Source of the DNA: Dudresnaya verticillata
Lineage: Eukaryota
Assembly: GCA_977862235.1 (NCBI GenBank)
Contig: OZ374558.1
Span: 2,604,001-2,668,000 of the forward strand
Direction: 5' to 3'
DNA: 64,000 nucleotides
In this document: one piece after another, positions 22,637 through 32,260 of the stretch
How positions within the stretch are numbered: position 1 is the stretch's first letter
How the letters are laid out: the number at the start of each line of letters is the position of its first letter
The notes under the pieces: model-generated
The model's input: the letters and a program-made list of their open reading frames with translations, nothing else
Told to the model about the DNA's origin: nothing
The model's database searches: none
Made by a program: the position numbers and the translations under genes

Positions 22637-23432
22637 ATCGAGAACTAGGAGCTCGACAGTGTTGGATCCATGCGGCGGTGGGTTTATGCTAGTATCCGGA
22701 GCGGGGAGGGTGGGAAACACTTTCGAGGTACAGGGCGGCGTGTCAACAATCTACGGAACGAGGACGTGAATTTCTGCTGAGAAGCTCATCTTTCTCACTC
22801 GCTCAACTTTGCTAGTTCCGCAAAGTGTTGCAGCAGCCATTCGAAAAGCTGCTGGATACCCCCGTCCGTTCCGGCCGAAGCGCACGCATTGCTCGCGACG
22901 TTAGCAACAGCGAAGGGACGAACCTTTCTTCATCATCGGCATGGATACCTCCAGCGCTGCGGGACTCAGTCGATATGAGGACGTATCTCTCGCGCGGCGC
23001 ACGGCTCGGAATAATGCGACTTTTGCAAAATCGTCAGCCACTGCTGACAGTGCTTTGTGTAAGACGCGCACGCGCGAACGGAACGGATGCGGTTCCGCCG
23101 CAGTGGCAGCTGCGGCTGCTGCAGTAGCCGCACGGTCGACGCCGTTCAGCGGGGGCACTGCTCGCTCCGGCACACAGCGCGCACGCAGCTGCGTGGGAGC
23201 CGCGGCGGAGAGCGCGCGCTCTCCCGCTCCCCGCTTCCCGCTCTCTCGCGCTCTCGCTCTCTCGCTCTCTCGTGCTCTCGTGCTCTCGCGCTCTCGTTCT
23301 CGTCGCTCGCACAGCCGCGCGCGCAAGGAAGGGGGTATCTTACGCGCGTTGTCCAAGACCGTGCGTTTGCGTTTACGTGAAGATGCGTGTGGGCGCTCGC
23401 TGCGTGGCTGCCGGGGGGCACGGCGGGATATG

Positions 23433-23838
23433 CTACACGGCGGCATAGCCCGAATCGCGCGCGAGCGGTGCGTGAAGCATCTTGGAGCGCACGGCGGACG
23501 CGACGAACGACACGAACGAGACGGCGGAGAGCGCGGCGAACACCACGGCCGTCTTGAAGCACGCGGCCGCGGCCTCGTCGAAGTCGCCGTGGTAGCCCAG
23601 GTACGGGTTGTGCGCCTGCAGCGCGAAGCCGAAGGCGAGCATTGCGAGCGCGCCCTGTGCGGTGGGTGTGGGTGTGGGTGTGGGTGTGGGTGTGGGGGAG
23701 AGGGGTTAGTTTGGTGGTGGTGGTGATGGTGGTTGTGGTGGTTGCGGTGGTGGCGGTGCGGCGTTATGGCGCCAATGGCGAGGCATGGCGCGCACGTACC
23801 GCGGCGGTTGTCGCGAAGCAGCACGCGCTTTGGCTCAT
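23433..23838 (-). CDS. RNase kappa / V-ATPase subunit f-like two-TM protein, 86 aa, two exons (23838-23800; 23654-23433)
   Basis: 145-nt intron with GTACGT donor, ACTAAC branch point and CAG acceptor. Spliced product MSQSACCFATTAAGALAMLAFGFALQAHNPYLGYHGDFDEAAAACFKTAVVFAALSAVSF... shows the CC-TM-loop-CF-TM pattern of the family. Confidence 0.75.
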
Positions 23839-23884
23839 GGCGGTGCGGAAGGGCGGGGCGGAAGGGCGGGGCGGAAGGGCGGGT

Positions 23885-23921
<37 letters not shown>

Positions 23922-24456
23922 GCGCTCGGTGGTGCGTTAAGGTGCGTCGGTGCGGCAGCGGCAGTTGCGGTGGCGATGGAGGCGGCGGACCTTGCGCCAG
24001 GCGTTCGGCGCGCAGCGGTTGCGTCAGCGCGGTCACTGTCAGCCGTGCGGGCTGATCGCGATGCGGCGGCGATCGCGATGCGGTGTGTAATGCGCGCGCT
24101 GTAATGCCACGGCGCGGTCCACGGCGCAGCGCACGGCGCGGTCCACGGCGCGCCGCGCCAATTCGCCGCGCGGCAAACTTCGCGCTCCAACCGCACGGGC
24201 CCTCACGTTACCGCGCGCGGACCCGCCCGTCAGGTGCGCTGCTCCGCCCGCCTCCACCGACGCCCAATGCGCAAACCGTTGCGCCGCACCCGCTATCGCG
24301 CACCGCGCACCGCCCCGCCCCGCACCTCAACTTGCGACACAGCCTTACCTGCATCTCATCCCCCTCCACATCCGTCCCCCGTCCCCCGTCCCCCGTCCCC
24401 CGTCCCCCGTCCCCCGTCCCCCGTCGCGCTCCCCTCCCCTCCCCTCCCCCGCCACC

Positions 24457-25848
24457 ATGTCCCTCCTCTCCGACTGCGCCGCGTCGGCCTGGGACCGCGC
24501 CGCCGTCTCCCTGCGCACGACCCCGCCCTCGCTCCTCCCAGCAACCGCCGGCCCCGGCGCGTGGACAGCGCTGCACTTCGTGTGCGCCTCGCCGTCCGCG
24601 CCGCCCTCGCTGCTCTCCGCGCTGCTCTCCGCAGGCGCGCCGCTGCACGCGCGCGCCGCGTCGGGGTCGACCGCGCTGCACCTGTGCGCGTGGCACGGCG
24701 TGCACACGCACGCGTCGGCGCTGCTGTCGGCCGGCGCGGACGCGTCGGCGCGCACGGCGGCCAGCCGCACCCCGCTGCACTTTGCCGCGCGCCGCGGACA
24801 CGCAGACCTGGTGCGCCTGCTGCTGGACGCGGGCGCGCCCGTGGCCGACGTCGATCGCGTCGGCCGCGCCGCGCTGCACTTCGCCGCGGAGGCCGGGCAC
24901 GGGGACGTCGTCGTGCTGCTGCTCCGCTACGAAGCCCCGATGCACCCGGATGATGCCGGACACACCCCGCTCATGCTCGCACGCGCCGCCCAACACCACC
25001 ACGTTGTCCAGCTGCTTGAGGACGCGTTTGGCCACGATGACCAGCACGCCGATCTTGACGTGCAGCACCTCGATGATACCGATCACGGCGCCGAGCACCA
25101 CCGTCTGTCGACCGACCCCCTACCCGACCCGAGCACCGAGCCCGATACAACCGCCAGCCCCGACTCCGACGCCGACCCCAACGGCGACAGCTCCGTCTCC
25201 CCGTGGCTTCCGGCCCGCTTCGTCGCCGCCATGTCCTCCCGCGCAGGCGTACTGCTCGGCTCGCGCTCGTCAAGCGTGTCGCCAATCAAGGCTCCGCCGG
25301 CAGCGAACCCTGCCGCCGCCTCGGCCCCGGCCATCGCCTCGCCCGCCACCCGCGACCTCGACGATAACGTCTCAGACACGCGCACCCCGCCGCCGTCCCC
25401 GCTCTCGTCCTCTCCCTCGCTCTCAGCAACCCTTTCCGCGCTAGTCCCGTCCGATCTAGCCCTCTCTATGTCGGCCTACATCTGCAAGGCCCAGCCGCCC
25501 GCCATCGCCCGTGAGTATGCCGACATCATCCACCGCGCCGTGCACGCCTACCACCTCACCGGCCCGCTCCTGCTCGCCGCCCTCCCCGACCCGCCCACTC
25601 TGGCCCGCGAGCTGCTCGAGTCTGCAGAAGTCCCTCCGCCCCGCGCCCGCAAGGGCGCGCTCTTCCACTCTCTCGTTAACTTCATCGCCGGCGCTCGCGC
25701 CGCACAGTCCGGCACACTCGTTCGACAGTCCACAGCACCGAGCCTCTCGGGGTCAGTCATGCGCAAGGAGGTCTACGCAGCCGTTGGCGCAGGAGTTCTT
25801 TTCAGCTTGCTTGTTCCGCTTGCGCGGAATAGTGGTCAAACCAAGTAG
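24457..25848 (+). CDS. Ankyrin-repeat protein with a SAM-like segment and C-terminal hydrophobic anchor
   Basis: Five ankyrin motifs (WTALHF, STALHL, RTPLHF, RAALHF, HTPLML); EYADIIHRAVHAYHLTGPLLLAAL; terminal VYAAVGAGVLFSLLVPLA; strong GC3 bias. Confidence 0.92.
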   Translation: MSLLSDCAASAWDRAAVSLRTTPPSLLPATAGPGAWTALHFVCASPSAPPSLLSALLSAGAPLHARAASGSTALHLCAWHGVHTHASALLSAGADASARTAASRTPLHFAARRGHADLVRLLLDAGAPVADVDRVGRAALHFAAEAGHGDVVVLLLRYEAPMHPDDAGHTPLMLARAAQHHHVVQLLEDAFGHDDQHADLDVQHLDDTDHGAEHHRLSTDPLPDPSTEPDTTASPDSDADPNGDSSVSPWLPARFVAAMSSRAGVLLGSRSSSVSPIKAPPAANPAAASAPAIASPATRDLDDNVSDTRTPPPSPLSSSPSLSATLSALVPSDLALSMSAYICKAQPPAIAREYADIIHRAVHAYHLTGPLLLAALPDPPTLARELLESAEVPPPRARKGALFHSLVNFIAGARAAQSGTLVRQSTAPSLSGSVMRKEVYAAVGAGVLFSLLVPLARNSGQTK

Positions 25849-27414
25849 ACGGCAGAACAACAAGTTGGAAAATTCTCAACGGTTGCAACTAGTGATAGCT
25901 GTGCACTAGATTGCTCCTCTTTTTCTCTTTCGTTCTGCCCCATTCTCAGAGTGTTCCTTTGCTCTCCTTCAATTTTTTCGTCACCGACCCAGATGTACCT
26001 TGGACACGACACAATGCCGCTGCAGTGCCACGTCTTGTAGAACAACCAAACTAAATAAAAATATTCTTCACACTCTTGCGCTCCCAACCGTCGCGAAAAA
26101 GGTTGGCATTCTGACTATTAGACGAGCGGGACAGTATTATCCAACTTGGAAGCCTGAAGAACTCGAAAGAGAGAGAAAGAGATCTAACCACGACAGCCCT
26201 CCAATCTTGTCCTTCCAGCAAGCACGTGTCGTCGTGTGTACGCCCTTGTTCGTGCCAACGTGGAAACTTTATCGGGGGCTGAAAACGAAATATGGCACGA
26301 AGCAAAACTGCTCACCACGAGCCTCGCCTCCTCATACAGAGTGAGTGGTGTATTCATCTAAAGTTTTAGGTGTGAGGAGAGTCCAACAGGTTTTAAGCAC
26401 ACCACACATGACCCCCCCCCCCCCCCCCCCCCCCCCCCAACACACACATGGAGGGAAGCAGTCAGGAGTGCTGATTTGGATTTGGCAGCGTGTGACACAA
26501 GCGTCAATGTTCATCCGCCCGGTCTCGACTTTTTTAGTATTTCCCGCAAATAAGGCAGGCAATGGCGGAACGGAAGCAAGTTTCGCGTTCCGCATATGAA
26601 TGTGATGAGGCTATTGTGGCTGCAAAAAATCTCGCTCTGGGTATATCAAGCGGTAACATGCTCATTGAAAGTTATTTGTAAACAGTTTTGGTGGTATACT
26701 TTTGCTCTTTCGGTTTCCAGAGCAGCTTGAGGAGCTGCGAAACATTCTGGTACCCTCATGAGTTTAGGAACCATCTCGCCTGGACAGGTGGCGAGGAAGA
26801 GAGTAGAGAGAGTGAGAGACCTTCATTGAATAATAAGAGAGAAGCCCCTTAAGCGCCGAGGCAATTGACGTTATCCCGAATGGGATAGAATTGAGCTTGT
26901 TCTCCACCTTACCGCAAACGTGCCTGAACAGCTGCGCAGACGAGCGGTGTGCATACTACCGATTGCATCTGGTCATGTAGCGTCGATGCGGTGCTGGCAC
27001 GACTTTACTGGCTGCTTCAACGTGGGGCAATCCCCAGACAGTTAATTTGCTCTGCTATCCGTAATTAATGGCCGGTCTGTCACCACAACCTTTATTAATT
27101 TCTTCACAGAAATTTCTTATATCACGGGACGCCTGTCCTGTAATAGTGAGCTTACAGTAGAAGGAGTAACTGCAATAAATGTGACCGAATCACTTGGCAG
27201 ATATTTTCGGCCGTTTTGCAGTTACTCTATTCCCGGCGTGAGTCACGGCGCGCTTACGGCCAAACGGGACTGGAACGGGAGTATTAGTACTGTACTGTAC
27301 GACCTTGTACAGGGTGCTCACCCTCTCCACAACCCCGTTCCAACGCCTCCCCAGCACCATGTCATGCCCGTGACCCGACAGAAGGACTGTGCGAAGCACT
27401 TGCACGTGCGGCGC

Positions 27415-27645
27415 ATGCAGACTACGCAGGCCGTGCTGGCAATGCTCAGTCGCCACCGCTACCGACGCCGCTACCGCAGAGAACTCTTCCGCGCGGCGCT
27501 TTCGTTGGCTGAGCAGGCGAAGGCCCTCAGCTTACGCAACCATCGCACAATTCGAATTGGGTCGATATCATTTGACCCCACGTTTGGGTGTCTATCGGCC
27601 CAGGAGTCCCTCGAGCAGTTCCGGTTCTGTAGGTCCCACATTATT
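27415..27645 (+). pseudogene. N-terminal fragment of a PIF/Harbinger-type transposase
   Basis: LSAQESLEQFRFCRSHI resembles the N-terminal 'ecl..FRF...I' segment of DDE_Tnp_4 proteins; truncated, no catalytic core seen. Confidence 0.45.
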
Positions 27646-28326
27646 GTGGAGCAATGGCCGTACGCGGCTGTAGGGCACCCCCGAGAGTTCGGGCTCGGGA
27701 GGGTAGCTGCACGATCACGCGTGAGTATCTCGTAAACGCAGTGGAAGATCTAGGAAGCAATCCGGCGGCGGACTGTAAACACCGTCGGGTTGTGTGTGGG
27801 CTTGGACGCCAAAAGTAGGTGGAAACACCAGCGACGGGGCGTAGACGCCAAAGGTGAAGGGAGGATGAAGGAATAAGGGAAGGACCGGAAGAAGTGTGCT
27901 GGAGAAGTATAAACGGGGTAAATTAAGGGAGCCGAGCATGGCGCGGGGAGTACCAGCAGGGAGGTGCGCGTAGGGAGCGTCGGGCAGGCGGATGGCACGG
28001 TTTGCGCTAGCCTTAGCCCGCGGTGACGCCGAGCAACGAGCTCGTGGGTCAGGCGAAGGGGAACTCAGATGCAGAGCCCATGACGCTTGGTCGTTCCCTC
28101 GACCCAAGTCGTCGATTTCGGAAGCAATGAGACAGGGCGTGTGACGGACACCTTTGGCGACATGCGCCCACGAACCGGAGTGAATTCCAAAGATTCCGGA
28201 AGGGGCCGTCCCCTGCGCGTTCTTCCACGCTTCTTGAGAACGTGTGGTATAGACGCCATCCGTGAAACGACTCCGTGGCCTACGTGAAAATAATCGAGAA
28301 ATACGAATTTCGAAATGACTCCGTGA

Positions 28327-28524
28327 ATGCGCGCGCCACGATGGCAAACGTATTACAGTGCGCATACTGTGCGCGCGCCACGATGGCATACGCATTACGG
28401 CACGCACGTGATACGAAATCGCTGACACCTCCGGACGAATCCGGAGCCGACTTTGTGATCGCGCGTGCCACGATGGCATTCGCATTACAGTGCGCACCCG
28501 ATACTAAATCGCTGACACCTTCGT
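28327..28524. repeat. Three degenerate direct repeats (CGCGCGCCACGATGGCA...ATTAC), subterminal-repeat-like
   Basis: Cores near 28330, 28372 and 28460; the last two share GATAC.AAATCGCTGACACCT. Confidence 0.8.
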
Positions 28525-28924
28525 GACTTTTCCGTTGTTTCCCGCGCGTAACGGCACCGGGGCCCACGAGACACATGCACCTTCGTATGCATAGCTGGCG
28601 CACTTCGCAACCGCCATCATACGTGAGGCGACCGTTCGTTGGCACCGAGGCCGTTACGAACCATTCGAGTACGAACCGTCTCCCGCGTTGACGCGCATTC
28701 GTGCTCACGTAGTACTACTTAGTAGCCAGTCGTCTGGCACAACCTCCGAGGGTTTCCGGCAAGCGACTAGCGCCCGGACCTCGGAGTCTTCGGTAAACGC
28801 CTGTTTCTTCGAGTTCGGTGTCTTCGTCTTCGTGACCGCGGATACGGTCGAGCCTCGCTTTTGTGGTGAAGTGAGCTGTGGCGCGCATGCGGACCACCGA
28901 CGGCGAGCCAACCGTAACGGGTGA

Positions 28925-29535
28925 TGTGGCAATACGCCACGCTGATGATCTGGCAACGTGTAACCGTGTCGGATGTTGTGCGCATTGCTGTACGCCAGTA
29001 CGCATTGCTGTACAGCAGTGAAGCGCACCAACCATACCGGAGTATTTGTAGTGTTTATTCTCTATTTTTGTGAGTATCTGTACAGTATGTAGAGTAGTGC
29101 GCCAGCCAATGAGAATGCTGCGCATGTCCGTGTCGGAGATTGGGACCAGCAGGGCCGATTCCACCATGGGTCCAGACCACTAGGGTCTGGCCCCCACGGA
29201 CCGGACCGCTCGGTGCCACCCTGACTTGTATATCAGGACGGCACCGCAGCGGCTCCTAAGGTAAACGGATAAGCAACCTTAGCCCAATCCTTTACGGTTT
29301 TCCCCGCGCCGAGCCCGTTGCGGTCTACCACCACCACCGTTACGGAGTCCGTCCCGGCACTTGTACCACCCCCTTGTCTGTTGCTTCCCAATATCCGTCT
29401 CGGTTAGCCGCTAGCTGTTCTCCCGTTACGGTGCGAACTGCTCTACCACCCCGTGAAGGTAGTGTTGCTCTCGTCCGTTAAGGAAAGTCAGGCCAGCTGT
29501 CCGTCTCGGAGTTCGTGGGTTTTCACTACACCACA
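28925..29535 (+). repeat. Putative 5' LTR of element A
   Basis: TGTGG...CCACA inverted termini directly followed by a PBS-like TGG; no second copy to confirm the left edge. Confidence 0.6.
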
Positions 29536-29540
29536 TCTTT

Positions 29541-29558
29541 TGGTCTCCCGACCTAGAA
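29541..29558 (+). promoter_or_regulatory. Primer-binding site, possibly tRNA-Tyr
   Basis: TGGTCTCCCGACCTAGAA is complementary to ...TCGGGAG-A-CCA; implied C1:G72 and A73 are tRNA-Tyr identity elements. Confidence 0.55.
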
Positions 29559-29683
29559 CACCGTCACGGTTGGAAGAAACAGCCGTCGAAATCCGCTACG
29601 GTAGGAATTCGGCTGTAACGACAACCCGTTACGGAATATTGGATAGACAAGCAAGAACAACCGTTGTGTTCCGTTAAGGCATC

Positions 29684-32230
29684 ATGCAGAACGAAGAACA
29701 CGCAGACCCTCCCGTTACCGAACCTAAAGCGGGTGACACTACCCCCGCTGCGCGCAGTCCGCGCAGTGAAGCAGGTGAAATCCGTTCCGGAGTGGAGACC
29801 CCAGAAGACATCCTTAAGGGTGCTGCTGGTAAAGCTCCCCGTTCCCTTGTCGGATCAGACGCCTCGAAGAAGGCAGCTCCGCAACCCAAGCCGGAATCCC
29901 ATCGGGTCCACTGGGTCCTGTCGGAGGTCCTTCCTAGGGTGTTAGAGCATCTCCGATTGGAAGTACAACCTGGAATGGTAAAAGAGGTGGAGATATCCCT
30001 CTCGGAAACTGTTCCGTCTTTGGTTAATTCCTATCTGGAGCAGCACCTTCCTCGGATAGTGCAAGCTTTGATCCTACAGGAAAAGGTTTAGGGGTTTTAG
30101 CTGGAGCAGCACCTTCCTCGGATAGTGCAAGCTTTGATCCTACAGGAAAAGGTGGCCGCCGAGCTCGAGAGCCAGATTGCTCCCGGCATGGCAAGGCCTC
30201 CCGCTACGGAAGCTTTCACTGAGCAACCACCGTTACGGAATGAATTCCCGGTCGAAGGAAGAACGCAGCAGCCGCAACAACCCCCCGTTATGGGATTGCC
30301 GCCGGGCACAGTACCCTCTGGGCCACTGCCACCCGCTCCCGTAACGGATTCTCAACATCAACACGCCCCTACGGGACCAGCACACACTCAGCCACCGTTA
30401 CGGTATTCTCCTGGACACGTAGATGTGCCTACGCCAGGGCGCTATCAGCAAGAGCGCGATACCGTTCCGGTTCGATCAGGTGGAGGTAGCGACCATCTCA
30501 GCGATGCGTCCAGCTCACCCTATCCGAGTCGGAGGACCGGTCGAGGTCGGCATAAACGAGATGCCCGACACTCCCGCTCTGACCCTCCCCGTCGGTCGCA
30601 CATGGGCGACCACACCCAGCGACGACGCCACCAATCCGGTATGGAATCCAATGAGAGCAGCTCAGAGGATAGCCAACACCGCCGCCGCAAGAGGAGAAAC
30701 AGAAGATCGCGGAAACGCGAAAAAAGGCATGACTCCTGTACCTCTACGGATTCGGACTCAGAGAGTTCTTCCGTAACGGATAGAGAGAATAGGCACCGGG
30801 CCAGAAAACACGGTGCCAAATCCGGAAAGGTGAAGGTAATCCGGCCGCTACATGACAAGTTTGTCAAGGCGCTGGACTACCGCACCTACCGATTGGATAA
30901 GAGGAGTAAGACATACGGCTCTAAGTTCTCACAAAACATGAGCCGTATACGGAAGAAACTCGACGTCCAGATGTCGTCCCATACATTCGATGGGACGGAC
31001 CCTATTACCGTCTTAGGATTTCTCGCCAAGTTCCGTGACGGTTGTAACATCAACGGCATCGCCGAGGGGGTTGCCGTCTGGTGCTTCCAGTTTTTCCTTA
31101 AAGGACAGGCCGAAGCCCTTCTACAGGCTAGGCTTGCGGGAGGTACCATGGCGGTTGACGTGGAGCAGGCCGAGATGCTCCGCACATATTCCGAGGTGGT
31201 GAACTTTTTATTGAGAACCTACGCTACGGATGAAGTGATTGCTGAAGCCTATAAGGATGTCAGAAACTTCAGGCAAACATCCGCCCTGACGGAAGAGCAG
31301 TTCTCGAACCAGCTCTGGGCCAAGGCTCTCCGTTGCGGTACAGTATTTTCCGATCGGGCATTGAAGTCACTGTTCGTTGAAGGACTCCTACCGGGTACTC
31401 GTCAACAGATGAGAAATTATCTAGCGACACATTCCCAGTTGGATTATCAGGCCATCACTCGCTATGCGACTGGCCTGGGTCAGTCCCATCGGGCAGCTCG
31501 ACGCCAAACCGTTCCGGCTCACGTCTTTGATGGGCGCACTAAAGCGCGCCCGTCTAAGGTGTTGTCGCTGGATTCCGTATCGGATGTACACTATGAGTCG
31601 CAAGGGAATTTTTCCGCTACGGATAATCAAGTGCTAGCCGTCGAGGGAGGCCACGGTGCCGCTACGGGAACGAGCACGGGGGTTACCTTTTCTACCCCGT
31701 ACTCCTCGCCCCCGCAAAGCGTCCACCCTACTCCGCCCAGGCTTCCACGCGCGCAAGGTCCCCCCTATGGTGGACCTCGCCCGGCTCCTGGCCCCCAACA
31801 GCAGCCGAGTCACCGTTACGGAAATAATACCCACGATGGGCGAGGACAGCAGCAACCAGCACCTCCGCTACGGGATGAGTCGGATCCTCGGGTCCGACGC
31901 CTTTACGGAAGTGGTAACTGTCACATCTGCCTTTCGCCAGAGCACGTTGTTTGTCCCTGGATACATGACTCCGATCGGGTTAGGCTTATGGAAGAGCGCG
32001 AGCGCAACTTCCAGAAGCACTATCCTGTAGGCCGCAGGTTCGTAGTAGGAACCAGTTCGAATCCGCAAGGGAATCGGGGCAGGCCGCATACGCCCCCTCC
32101 GCAACGGAATGCCCCGATACTATCGGTGGAGGACTATGACGGAGTGGAACTCGCAGAATTGCGCGAGCCCATGGAGGCGGATCCGACTGGTGCAACCTTG
32201 AATTCGGAAAACTCAAGGGGGGATGCGTAA
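29684..32230 (+). CDS. gag: Gag of element A, interrupted by a 66-bp in-frame insertion containing a stop
   Basis: ORFs 29684-30091 and 30125-32230 share a frame; capsid-like FDGTDPITVLGFLAKF; knuckle CHICLSPEHVVC. Confidence 0.85.
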
Positions 32231-32260
32231 GGGCGCCGCCATCCCCGCCTCACGGCGTTC
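32206..32260 (+). promoter_or_regulatory. -1 ribosomal frameshift signal: G GAA AAC plus H-type pseudoknot
   Basis: 6-nt spacer; S1 GGGGATG/CATCCCC; S2 GGGCGCCG/CGGCGTTC. The -1 frame is open into the protease. Confidence 0.75.

Noticed and set aside
22901..25444. Long Arg/Pro/Ala-rich ORFs (431, 453 and 297 aa)
   Set aside because: Products of very high GC and microsatellites; the region is explained by the spliced gene and the ankyrin gene.
26412..26438. Poly-C tract
   Set aside because: Simple homopolymer of uncertain length; nothing further supportable.
27646..28230. Possible solo LTR (TGTGGA...TCCACG)
   Set aside because: No matching target-site duplication and no partner copy.
28327..28524. 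CRISPR-like appearance of spaced repeats (also 51761-52170)
   Set aside because: Repeats are degenerate, spacers are related to each other, no cas genes, eukaryotic context.
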